DNA of 64,000 nucleotides from an uncultured Bdellovibrionales bacterium (GTDB lineage: Bacteria; Patescibacteriota; Minisyncoccia; Moranbacterales; DUUL01). The position numbers were made by a program, and so were the translations under genes. Shown in pieces: positions 29,128 through 37,887 of this stretch. The first letter of the stretch is position 1, and the number at the start of each line of letters is the position of its first letter. The DNA is taken from NCBI GenBank assembly GCA_964421125.1, contig CAYQVD010000001.1, positions 56,680-120,679 on the forward strand. The letters are read 5' to 3'. A model generated the notes under the pieces. The model saw only the letters and a list, made by a program, of their open reading frames with translations, was not told where the DNA came from and did not search any database.

Positions 29128-29190
29128 ATCACGAGCCCACGAGCAGAATCGAACTGCTGACCTCATCCTTACCATGCCTGCCCGCCAATG
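29128..29190 (-). pseudogene. Truncated tRNA-like remnant (3' two-thirds resembling the adjacent tRNA-Thr(GGU), with no D-arm) in the position occupied by glyT in thrU-tyrU-glyT-thrT clusters
   Basis: Reverse complement gcgggcaggcATGGTAAGGAtgaggtcagcagTTCGATTctgctcgtgggctcg. The T-arm and anticodon-loop sequence are conserved with the neighbouring tRNA-Thr. Only about 10 nt lie 5' of the anticodon arm, and the acceptor stem cannot pair. Confidence 0.4.
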
Positions 29191-29194
29191 CTTG

Positions 29195-29266
29195 AGCCCG
29201 GGAAGAGAATCGAACTCTTAACCTCTTCCTTACCATGGAAGCGTTCTGCCACTGAACTACCCGGGC
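29195..29266 (-). tRNA. tRNA-Thr (anticodon GGU)
   Basis: Reverse complement gcccgggtagttcagtggcagaacgcttccATGGTAAggaagaggttaagagttcgattctcttcccgggct. Acceptor GCCCGGG/CCCGGGC. Confidence 0.8.
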
Positions 29267-29414
29267 ATTTAAAGCTAAAGCAGGCGAGGATGCGCTCTAC
29301 TGACTGAGTTACGTGAACATTTTTACATCAACCCTTTTATTATCTGAAAACACCAACAATACTAAACTCCCTTCTTTTAAATTAATAACTAAAAAATAAT
29401 AATTAGTAATTAGT

Positions 29415-30491
29415 CTACCCCATTCTTTTCAATAATTTTATTTTCTCCAGTTTTCTTTTCGCATCAATATCTCTAAGATGAACTCTTAAAATTTGCCTGT
29501 AACATTCTTCTGCATCTGAAAAATTTTTCATTTTTATATATAACTCTCCTAATGCTCTATAATTTTCCATGTCCTTAGGAGTGTTGGCAATTTTTTGAAC
29601 AATTTTTTTCTCAAGAATTGAACGATCCACCCCAATCTCATCATCAATATCAATTTCTTTCTTAGTAACAGGAACAACTTCCTTGATTAAATTATCATTA
29701 TTATTCAATCCATAATCCGCTTCTGTCACATTAACAATTCCATCAGAAAATGACTCATCCTGATCAAAATTTTCTTCTTCAATATCATCATCTTCCACAT
29801 TCGCTTTCTTGAATTTTTTTCTAAATTTTCCAAAAATTCCCACTGCTGTTGATAAAGAGAACTTCCCCTTCCTTTCTACGTCCTCTAATTCTTCGGCTTT
29901 TTGAACCTCTTCAGAGAAAAATGATTCGATTTTGTCATCTGTTTCAATTAACTCATCGTCATTTTCTTCTTCAATTGCCACAACGACAGACTTATTTCTT
30001 GTTTCAGGTTCTTTTTTAACGCCTTCTGTTATAACAATTTCCTCTTTAACCACGGCAATATCTTCATTAGCAAAAATATCTTTTTTAATATCAATTTCCA
30101 CTTCCTTATTTGAGTCATCTTCTATTATTTTTTCGAGACTTTGTTCTTCCGCTTCGATTAACTCTTTCTTAACTTCAATCTCTCGAGATAATTCATCTCC
30201 TCCGTTATTCCCCTTTTTCATTTTTAAAACCCAAAAATGAATAAGATGTAAAAATTGCTTAATTTTCTTAAGAATAACTTCTATCAAACAAAAAAATCCA
30301 TTCTTAAAAACCTTTCCTCCTTTATAAAACATTCCTTTAAATTTTTCAATTGCCTTCTCATCATTAATATCCCTGTTACTTTTAGTTTTATCTTGACTAA
30401 ATTTTCTAATTTCAGGCAAATGTTTTCCGACGATATAAATAATAACGCCAAGACTCACAAAGATTAAAAATGGTAAAATATATTCCAGCAC
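29415..30491 (-). CDS. Hypothetical membrane-anchored protein with acidic repeats and C-terminal TPR-like motif
   Basis: N-terminal TM (ILPFLIFVSLGVIIYIV), a long E/D-rich middle region, and a C-terminal ALGELYIKMKNFSDAEECYRQIL TPR-like helix pair. Confidence 0.45.
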   Translation of the reverse strand: MLEYILPFLIFVSLGVIIYIVGKHLPEIRKFSQDKTKSNRDINDEKAIEKFKGMFYKGGKVFKNGFFCLIEVILKKIKQFLHLIHFWVLKMKKGNNGGDELSREIEVKKELIEAEEQSLEKIIEDDSNKEVEIDIKKDIFANEDIAVVKEEIVITEGVKKEPETRNKSVVVAIEEENDDELIETDDKIESFFSEEVQKAEELEDVERKGKFSLSTAVGIFGKFRKKFKKANVEDDDIEEENFDQDESFSDGIVNVTEADYGLNNNDNLIKEVVPVTKKEIDIDDEIGVDRSILEKKIVQKIANTPKDMENYRALGELYIKMKNFSDAEECYRQILRVHLRDIDAKRKLEKIKLLKRMG

Positions 30492-30502
30492 TATTTTTAA
30501 AA

Positions 30503-31306
30503 TTAACTTTTAGCTTTAATAACTTTAATCTCCTTATTTTCAACACTTACAATACTACCATCACCAATTTTGACTTTAACTTTTTGACTAATCGGATTTA
30601 CTTCCAAAACTTTTCCTTCAATTTTTCCCGCTTTTACTTGATCGTCTCTTTTCGGCATTTCTCTGAGCATTTCTTCGTATTGCTCCGCTTCATATGCTAA
30701 ACAACACATTAATCTTCCACAAACCCCAGAAATTCTTTCCGATCCACGATGAGAAATCAATTGACATCGTGCCATTTCAGTTGAAATACTCTTCAAGTTT
30801 CCAGGGAACTTCTTACAACAAAGTTCTCGACCACAAACTCCACACCCACCAATTTTTCGAGCCTCATCTCGTGATCCAATTTGTTGGAAACGAACTGATT
30901 TATGAAATTGAGCAGATAATTTCTTAACAAAATCACGAAAATCAATTCTGCCATCTGCAATAAAAACTGCTACTATTGAACTACTATCTAAACTTAAACA
31001 AACTTCCACCATCTTCATCGGCAAATTCAATTCTCGCGCTTGTTTTTTAATGTCATTAAGATACTCTTTTTCTTTTTTTTCATTATTAAGAATTATCTGA
31101 TGATCCTGAGCATTTGCTTTTCGAACAACTCTTCCAGCAGACTCTCCTCCTTCAATATTTTTATCCACAAAAAGGACTTTGCCCAGAAAAGTCCCTCCCC
31201 ATTCATGCTGAATAACAACCCAATTATTATTTTGAATTCCTTTTATTCCACAAAATACATTTTTTGGCTGATCCCAATCAAAAAGCCTAACAATCATTTG
31301 ATTCAA
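30503..31306 (-). CDS. PSP1 C-terminal domain protein (YaaT/RicT family)
   Basis: Conserved PSP1 Cys motifs GGCGVCGRELCC and GVCGRLMCC. 267 aa. Located downstream of tsf in the same orientation. Confidence 0.75.
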   Translation of the reverse strand: MNQMIVRLFDWDQPKNVFCGIKGIQNNNWVVIQHEWGGTFLGKVLFVDKNIEGGESAGRVVRKANAQDHQIILNNEKKEKEYLNDIKKQARELNLPMKMVEVCLSLDSSSIVAVFIADGRIDFRDFVKKLSAQFHKSVRFQQIGSRDEARKIGGCGVCGRELCCKKFPGNLKSISTEMARCQLISHRGSERISGVCGRLMCCLAYEAEQYEEMLREMPKRDDQVKAGKIEGKVLEVNPISQKVKVKIGDGSIVSVENKEIKVIKAKS

Positions 31307-31312
31307 TTAAGA

Positions 31313-31891
31313 TTAAATCTCCATTCTTAAAAATTCTCCAACTTGAATATTCTCTCCAAGTTTAGCAATTTTTTCTTTTACATAATCCTCAATAATCATA
31401 TCAGGATTTTTAACAAAAGATTGAGTCATTAAAGCATTTTCTTTTCTAAATTTATCTTCTTTTCCAGCAAGTGCCTTCTCAGCAATATCTTCTGTTTTCC
31501 CATCTTCAATTAAATCTTTTTTCCAATCCTCTTTTTGCTTCTCAATTTCTTCAGTAGGCACATCCTCAGGTTTCAAATATCTTGGATTCATTGCAACAAT
31601 CTGCATTGCAATGTCTTTTGCTAATTCCTGAAATTCTTCATTCTTAGCAACAAAATCAGTTTCACAGAAAACTTTTACAAGTCCAGCAATTTTTCCATTA
31701 CCATGAGTATAAGACATTATAACTCCTTCTCGAGCCTCTCTATCTCCCTTTTTTTCAGCTTTTTCTAATCCCTTTTTTCGTAAAAGTTCAATTGCCTTTT
31801 GTTCATCTCCGCCAGCTTCATCAAGAGCCTTTTTAGTATCAACAACTCCAGCACCAGTTTTTTCACGAATCTTTTTTATTGCTTCTATCAT
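31313..31891 (-). CDS. tsf: Translation elongation factor Ts (short form)
   Basis: MIEAIKKIREKTGAGVVDTKKAL (UBA-like N-terminus) and dimerisation-region motifs. The true start is probably the Met at 31891, not 31933. Confidence 0.88.
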   Translation of the reverse strand: MIEAIKKIREKTGAGVVDTKKALDEAGGDEQKAIELLRKKGLEKAEKKGDREAREGVIMSYTHGNGKIAGLVKVFCETDFVAKNEEFQELAKDIAMQIVAMNPRYLKPEDVPTEEIEKQKEDWKKDLIEDGKTEDIAEKALAGKEDKFRKENALMTQSFVKNPDMIIEDYVKEKIAKLGENIQVGEFLRMEI

Positions 31892-31952
31892 GATTATTTC
31901 GAAACTGATAAACTGTTTTAAAAAACAATTCACCTGTTTATTAATTTTTTAT

Positions 31953-32819
31953 TTATTCTTTGTCCGACGTAGCTTTGGCGGAGTCAGATTTATCTATAGA
32001 TTTTTTTGAAACAGTCTCTTCTTTAACTTCAACTTTCCCTGCCTTAAGTATTCTGCATAGAAAAATCTCTAGAATATATTTCAAAGATGAAACTGCGTCA
32101 TCGTTAGCAGGAATAGCATAATCAACTAAATCAGGATTACTATTACTGTCAACAAGTCCAATGATTTTTACTCCAGCCTTTCGAGCTTCTTTCAAAGCAA
32201 TATTGTCCTTGTTAATATCAAGAATAAAAACAGCTTCAGGAATTTTTTTCATACCCAAAAGACCACCGATTTTAACTTCTAACCCGTCTAATTCTTTTGT
32301 AAGTTTTAATCTCTCAAGTTTTGTTAAGTAAGAAAATTTTCCCTTCTCTAATCCATCTCTGTTTTCTTCAAGATATTTAATTCTTTTGGAAATAACTCCA
32401 AAATTAGTAAAAGTTCCACCAATCCATCGCTCATTCACGTATGGCATTTTCAATTCTTCTCCAACTTTCCAAACCAATTCTTTCGCTTGCTTCTTGGTTC
32501 CAACAATCATAACTTTCCCATTCTTCTTAATAATCTCTTCAAAAACTTTTAATGCTTTTTCATACATTTCAAGACTTTTTTCAAGATTGATAATGTGAAT
32601 TCCGTTTCGAACACCAAAAAGATAATTAGTCATCTTTGGATTCCATCGCGATTTTTTTTGTCCAAAATGAACACCTGCCTTCAAGAGTCCTTCAAGAGTC
32701 AATTCACAATTTTCCTTATCAAGCTCTAAAGTTTGTGTTCTTTGTGGGCTCAATAGAGCCTTTTCCTCTACCTGCTCTTCTTTTTTTTCCTCTGCCTCAT
32801 TCACTTCTTTTTCTGTCAT
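31953..32819 (-). CDS. rpsB: 30S ribosomal protein S2 (with N- and C-terminal low-complexity extensions)
   Basis: LLKAGVHFGQKKSRWNPKM..., GIHIINLEKS, FVDSNSNPDLVDY-type core. rpsB-tsf gene order conserved. Confidence 0.92.
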   Translation of the reverse strand: MTEKEVNEAEEKKEEQVEEKALLSPQRTQTLELDKENCELTLEGLLKAGVHFGQKKSRWNPKMTNYLFGVRNGIHIINLEKSLEMYEKALKVFEEIIKKNGKVMIVGTKKQAKELVWKVGEELKMPYVNERWIGGTFTNFGVISKRIKYLEENRDGLEKGKFSYLTKLERLKLTKELDGLEVKIGGLLGMKKIPEAVFILDINKDNIALKEARKAGVKIIGLVDSNSNPDLVDYAIPANDDAVSSLKYILEIFLCRILKAGKVEVKEETVSKKSIDKSDSAKATSDKE

Positions 32820-33101
32820 GTTTATTCCTTAATTAATTATCACCTACTTGGCTTTCAAAGTCTGGCTAGACTTTTAACTCTCGGAAAAATCTCTCATATT
32901 AAATGAAAGACAGGAAATCCGGCCACCAAATATGTTTATTTAATATGAAGCCAATGACTTCATATCAACCCTTAATTTAGCATGTATTTTTTTGAATGTA
33001 AAGACCGTAATTAGTTGTTAGTTGTTAATTTAAAACAAAAAACTACCCTTTTTATTTAAAATACGCTAAAATTAAGATATTAATCTTTATAAATTAAATA
33101 A

Positions 33102-33410
33102 ATGGAACAATTAGATCTACCAGGGTTTGGACCGCTTAAAGAAGAAAAGTTAACTTGGGGACCAATTAATTTTGAAACTTTTGAAAAAATAGATCCGGAT
33201 GATTATCACTCTGAGTTTAAGGATGTTAAGATTGAATTTAAGGAGGGCCAATGGTTTATTGACGATAATGAAAAACCAGTTGAATTCGAAGAAATGCAAA
33301 AGATTCTTAAGTCGACAAATAAAGGCTTAGCATTTGCCCTTAGAGATAAAAAATTTAAAAGAATTTATTCTTATCTCGAAGAAAAAAATAAGCATAAATC
33401 CCAAAATTGA
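33102..33410 (+). CDS. Hypothetical small acidic protein
   Basis: 102-aa ORF. Its upstream region carries a degenerate copy of the conserved intergenic element (32975..33085). Confidence 0.35.
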   Translation: MEQLDLPGFGPLKEEKLTWGPINFETFEKIDPDDYHSEFKDVKIEFKEGQWFIDDNEKPVEFEEMQKILKSTNKGLAFALRDKKFKRIYSYLEEKNKHKSQN

Positions 33411-33495
33411 CATTTTTTCTTCTAAATGCTAACTTTTCTAAAGATTAAGTCTACAAAACTGTACGCTTAAATTTAATAATTTAACGCTTCTTGTT

Positions 33496-33571
33496 CCGCA
33501 AACATCTAAGACGACGAAGTCGTCCCCATGAAAATGGGGATCCAGCTTTTTCCTTGTCTTATCGTTTGCGG
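33496..33571 (+). promoter_or_regulatory. Structured 5' leader of pnp: 8-bp closing helix (ccgcaaac / gtttgcgg) enclosing two adjacent hairpins (gacgac-gaa-gtcgtc and cccca-tgaaaa-tgggg)
   Basis: Nested complementary segments read directly from the sequence, 20 nt upstream of the pnp start. Confidence 0.4.
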
Positions 33572-33591
33572 GCCAGGGAAACAAAAAAATA

Positions 33592-35703
33592 ATGTTAGAA
33601 GCAAAGAAGTTTTCCACTGAAATTGCTGGAAAACAACTTGTTGTTGAAGCAGGTCTTTTGGCTCAACAAGCTGGTGGTTCTGTAACAGTGCGTTATGGAG
33701 ACACCATGGTACTTTCAACTGCCACTATGAGCAGTCGAAAGGTAACTGAAATCGACTATTTTCCTTTAATGGTTGATTATGAAGAAAAGTATTATGCTGC
33801 TGGGAAAATTAAAGGATCTCGATTTATCAAAAGAGAAGGACGACCTTCTGATGATGCTGTTTTAACATCACGTCTTATCGACCGAACAATTCGGCCTCTT
33901 TTTGATGAAAGAATGAGAAATGAAGTTCAAGTAATTGCAACTGTTCTCTCAATTGATCATGAAAATGACCCAGATCTAGTTGCTTTGATTGCTGCATCTC
34001 TTGCGATTGGAATCTCAGATATTCCATGGGCTGGTCCAGTAGCTGCAGTTCGAATTGGAAAAAATGGGGAAGAGCTAGTTACAAATCCTCTAATGGAATC
34101 ATATCCTGATTCACAACTTAATTTACTTGTTTCTGGAACAGAAGAACGAATCAATATGATGGAGGCTGGAGCAAATGAATTACCAGATTCAGAAATGTTT
34201 GAAGCAATCAAACAAGCTTTTGATGTGATCAAAGAAATTGCTGTTTTTGAAAAGAAAATTATCAAAGAAATTGGAAAAGAAAAAGCTCAAATTGAATTCA
34301 TTGAACCAGAAAAAGACTTTAAAAAGGGAATTATTTCATTCCTTGACAATGAAGGACTTGAAAATGCTTTTTATACTAAAGAGAAAAAAGAGCAAGATGA
34401 AAAAATGGGTGCCATCAAAGAAAAAATGGGTGAATATCTTACAGACAAATTTACTGACGAAGATGAGTTGGCAAAAAAGAAAGCAGAAGCTGATCTTGTT
34501 TTTGAACAATACCTTAATGATGTTCTTCACCGAAGAATTCTTGAAAAAGATGAACGACCAGATGGACGAAAACTTGATGAAGTTCGATCAATTGATTGTC
34601 AAACCAATCTTCTTCCAAGGACTCATGGTTCTGGACTTTTCACTCGAGGTGACACTCAAGCCTTGACTGTAGCAACTCTTGGAGCTCCTGGAGCAGAACA
34701 AATTGTTGATACTATGGAAGCAGATGAAAAGAAACGATATATTCATTATTACAACTTCCCTCCATACAGTGTTGGAGAAGTTCGATTCCTTCGAGGACCA
34801 GGACGAAGAGAAATTGGTCATGGAGCTCTTGCAGAAAAAGCTCTTATTCCAATGATTCCTTCAAAAGAAGAATTTCCATACACTATTCTTTTAATGAGTG
34901 AAATTCTTGGATCAAACGGTTCATCATCAATGGCATCCACTTGTGGTTCAACTCTTGCATTAATGGACGCTGGAGTGCCAATCAAGAAACCTGTTAGTGG
35001 AATCGCTATGGGAATCGTGACTGGAGAGAAAGGAGAATTCAAAGTGCTTTCAGATATCCAAGGACCAGAAGATCACTGGGGAGATATGGACTTCAAGATC
35101 GCTGGAACAAAAGATGGAATCACTGCAATGCAACTTGATGTGAAGATTGATGGAATCACTCCTGATATGGTTGAAAAAGTTTTCTCACAAGCCTATGACA
35201 ACCGAGTCTTCATTCTTGGAAAAATTGCTGAAACTCTTGAGGTACCGAAGAAAAAACTTTCTCCATATGCACCAAGCATCATCACAATCAACATTAACCC
35301 TGACAAAATCAGAGACGTCATCGGACCAGGTGGAAAAATGATTAATGAAATCATTGATACTACTGGAGTTGAAATCGATATCGAAGACGATGGAAGTGTT
35401 TTCATTACCGCTAAAGATGGAGAATCTGGACAACAAGCCAGAGAATGGGTTGAAAAGCTTACCAAGGAAGTTCAGATTGATGAAATCTATGATGGGAAAA
35501 TTGTAAAAATCATGGACTTCGGAGCTTTCACTGAAATTCTTCCAGGTCGAGACGGACTTATTCATATTTCTGAAATTTCAGATAAGCGTGTTGAAAAAGT
35601 TGAAGATCATTTGAAAGTTGGACAAATCGTTCAAGTAAGAGTCAAAGAAGTTGACCCTCAAGGAAAGATCAGTCTTACTATGAAAAATGTAAACAAAGAA
35701 TAA
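33592..35703 (+). CDS. pnp: Polyribonucleotide nucleotidyltransferase (PNPase)
   Basis: 703 aa with two RNase PH domains and C-terminal KH and S1 domains (GKMINEIIDTTGV; S1 IYDGKIVKIMDFGAF). Confidence 0.95.
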   Translation: MLEAKKFSTEIAGKQLVVEAGLLAQQAGGSVTVRYGDTMVLSTATMSSRKVTEIDYFPLMVDYEEKYYAAGKIKGSRFIKREGRPSDDAVLTSRLIDRTIRPLFDERMRNEVQVIATVLSIDHENDPDLVALIAASLAIGISDIPWAGPVAAVRIGKNGEELVTNPLMESYPDSQLNLLVSGTEERINMMEAGANELPDSEMFEAIKQAFDVIKEIAVFEKKIIKEIGKEKAQIEFIEPEKDFKKGIISFLDNEGLENAFYTKEKKEQDEKMGAIKEKMGEYLTDKFTDEDELAKKKAEADLVFEQYLNDVLHRRILEKDERPDGRKLDEVRSIDCQTNLLPRTHGSGLFTRGDTQALTVATLGAPGAEQIVDTMEADEKKRYIHYYNFPPYSVGEVRFLRGPGRREIGHGALAEKALIPMIPSKEEFPYTILLMSEILGSNGSSSMASTCGSTLALMDAGVPIKKPVSGIAMGIVTGEKGEFKVLSDIQGPEDHWGDMDFKIAGTKDGITAMQLDVKIDGITPDMVEKVFSQAYDNRVFILGKIAETLEVPKKKLSPYAPSIITININPDKIRDVIGPGGKMINEIIDTTGVEIDIEDDGSVFITAKDGESGQQAREWVEKLTKEVQIDEIYDGKIVKIMDFGAFTEILPGRDGLIHISEISDKRVEKVEDHLKVGQIVQVRVKEVDPQGKISLTMKNVNKE

Positions 35704-35732
35704 TCTATTTTACAAAAATAGAAGCATAGAAA

Positions 35733-35768
35733 AAAGCGGTCGATGATTTTCATCAGACCGCTTTTTGA
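35733..35768. terminator. Bidirectional rho-independent terminator after pnp
   Basis: aaaaaagcggtc-gatgattttcatca-gaccgcttttt. The stem has A- and T-runs on either side. Confidence 0.75.
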
Positions 35769-35793
35769 TTATTTATTTCCTCCTTTCTTTTTA

Positions 35794-36510
35794 TTAGAAT
35801 TCAAACATCCAAAAGACCGTCGGATTTATCTCCCATCCATATCTGGATCCGAAGAAATCATGAGTGATTTCGACCTCTGATCCAATTGCAGATTGACTCA
35901 AAAATCCTTTCGGGAAGAAACTCGACATTTTCAAGCGAATTTGTGGCTCGGAAATGAAAACAGAGCCACTATCACTTTTCCAATAATCAGCAAATCCCGG
36001 CTGGGAAAATTTTAACCCATAGACTTCAAAATTCTCACACCATTTCAAAGTAAAATGATATGAATCATCTTGTCCAATTTGATCTCGCAAATATGCAGAA
36101 AAACTCAACATATCCAACCACAAATCCAAGTCAGCAGAAAGTCCCCAAAGAAAAACTCGACCGAAAACATCCTTGTCGCTGTCATTATACTGTCCAGCGA
36201 TAAAAGATTCTTTAATGAAACCGATCGGCACGTGAATTCCAAATATCTTACCTACACTTAGATAAGTATGATACTCGAAATACATAGACTCTGCCTCGGT
36301 CTTAAACTCATCTTTTCCAGCAAGATCCAAGAAAAAATAGTTTTTCCCATAATCCCACTTTGAAAAGTGGTCGACGGTTAAAGTGAAAACCTTCTGATTC
36401 CCCGGATCCCGATCAACTTCCATGTGAAATTGAACAGAGCCTCCGGCGAAACAATTACCAGAAAATAAAACTATCACAATCACCAGTAAAACTAATTTTA
36501 CTTTTTTCAT
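35794..36510 (-). CDS. Secreted protein with beta-strand periodicity and C-terminal aromatic residue (outer-membrane beta-barrel-like). Start taken at MKKVKLVLLVIV
   Basis: Signal peptide MKKVKLVLLVIVIVLFSGNCFA. Alternating hydrophobic pattern throughout. Ends ...TVFWMFEF (terminal Phe). The ORF-track start at 36570 adds 20 aa upstream. Confidence 0.4.
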   Translation of the reverse strand: MKKVKLVLLVIVIVLFSGNCFAGGSVQFHMEVDRDPGNQKVFTLTVDHFSKWDYGKNYFFLDLAGKDEFKTEAESMYFEYHTYLSVGKIFGIHVPIGFIKESFIAGQYNDSDKDVFGRVFLWGLSADLDLWLDMLSFSAYLRDQIGQDDSYHFTLKWCENFEVYGLKFSQPGFADYWKSDSGSVFISEPQIRLKMSSFFPKGFLSQSAIGSEVEITHDFFGSRYGWEINPTVFWMFEF

Positions 36511-36523
36511 CTTGACTCTCCTT

Positions 36524-36883
36524 TTATCTTTTTTCAATTTTATACCAAAAACCCATAATTCTTTTTGCAATTCCTTTTGTAAAACTCTGGATATCTTTGA
36601 TCAGCTTCCATAGCTGTTGTTCTCTTCCCAACAAGATAGCAACAACTAAAATTAGATAGAAATAGGCTAAAATCAAAATAATGCCTTGTCCAAATATCAA
36701 GAAAAAATTCCCAATAAAGCAAAATTTGATAAAAAATAAAGTACAAGCCAACGCTCTGGCAATCACATCTCCCATTTCAATGTCATCTACACGCTTCCTT
36801 TCTTTGATTTTCATTATTTGCTTTAGAAATCCCCAACTAAAAAGAAACGATGCTACTAGAAAATATATATCGGAAATAATCAC
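36524..36883 (-). CDS. Hypothetical small membrane protein
   Basis: 119-aa ORF with 3 TM helices. Confidence 0.3.
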   Translation of the reverse strand: MIISDIYFLVASFLFSWGFLKQIMKIKERKRVDDIEMGDVIARALACTLFFIKFCFIGNFFLIFGQGIILILAYFYLILVVAILLGREQQLWKLIKDIQSFTKGIAKRIMGFWYKIEKR

Positions 36884-37064
36884 AATAAACCCCTTTTATT
36901 ATTATTTAATTGTTAAATAACAGTAACGCTTCACTCTAGCGCACTGAAAGTTTTTTACAAATTTGTCAAAATATTTTTGACTTTTCTCTTTAAATTTACT
37001 ATAATTGCTATACATAAGGTTATTTTACAGCATTTATCTGTCAAAATAATTTGGTGACAAAATT

Positions 37065-37805
37065 ATGAACTATCTCAAAGAACTGCAAAAATTAGGCTTA
37101 AAGAAAAATGAGGCGCAAGTTTATCTGGCCGGACTTAAGCTTGGTCCGACGATTATTTCAAATATCGCCCAAGAAACCAGCTTAAAAAGGACTAATATTT
37201 ATGCTTTAATTAATGTATTAATGGAAAAAGGCTTATTTAAACTAAAAGAGTCCGAGTTTAAGAAATACTACTGTGCTGAATCGCCTAAAAACCTCAAAAA
37301 TCTTGTTGAACAGCAAACTGATCAAATAATCAATTTGCTTGAATCTAAAGTAGAGAAGCATAAAAATACTGGCACCAATGAAGTTCTTCATTTTAAAGGA
37401 GTTGGCGGAATGAAAAATGCTTTCATGTCAATGCTTAATGATTTAAGAAAAGGAGATTTTTACTATGTAGTTAGTGACGGAAACAGATGGTATAACACAG
37501 ACCCAAAATTCTTCAAAAAATTCATGCGAAAAAGAGCTAAGAAAAATTTAGATTTAAGATTAATTTTAGTAGATAATGAATTTGGAAGACATTCTCTTAA
37601 ATACCAAAAAAACTACGGCAAAAAAGTAAAACTTCTACCTAAAGGAAGCGAGCTCAATGTCAATTTAGTTTTTAATCCGAATCGGGTTCTCACTCATCAA
37701 CTCACAGGAAATCGCATAACAACAATTTTAGAAAGTCCCGAAGCTGCTCTAGCGCAAAAACAAATTTTTGATATTGCATGGGAGAATCTAAAAACATCTG
37801 AATAA
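37065..37805 (+). CDS. TrmB-family transcriptional regulator (N-terminal winged HTH)
   Basis: LGLKKNEAQVYLAGLKLGPTIISNIAQETSLKRTNIYALINVLMEKGLF matches the TrmB N-terminal HTH pattern. Confidence 0.6.
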   Translation: MNYLKELQKLGLKKNEAQVYLAGLKLGPTIISNIAQETSLKRTNIYALINVLMEKGLFKLKESEFKKYYCAESPKNLKNLVEQQTDQIINLLESKVEKHKNTGTNEVLHFKGVGGMKNAFMSMLNDLRKGDFYYVVSDGNRWYNTDPKFFKKFMRKRAKKNLDLRLILVDNEFGRHSLKYQKNYGKKVKLLPKGSELNVNLVFNPNRVLTHQLTGNRITTILESPEAALAQKQIFDIAWENLKTSE

Positions 37806-37887
37806 AATTTAAAATAATTTCTTTTTTTATTGTTTTTGTGTTACAATGTTTTTACTATTTTGAAAAACAAAAATTAACTTTAAAAAA

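Noticed and set aside
30255-30927. Plus-strand ORFs of 70-77 aa overlapping the minus-strand TPR and PSP1 genes
   Set aside because: AT-rich, Phe/Asn/Ile-dominated translations antisense to well-supported genes.
35794-36570. Possible horizontal acquisition of the beta-barrel-like gene based on locally higher GC (about 40%)
   Set aside because: Conserved housekeeping genes in the window (e.g. pnp) show the same roughly 40% GC. The contrast is between coding and intergenic or membrane-protein DNA, so it is not evidence of foreign origin.
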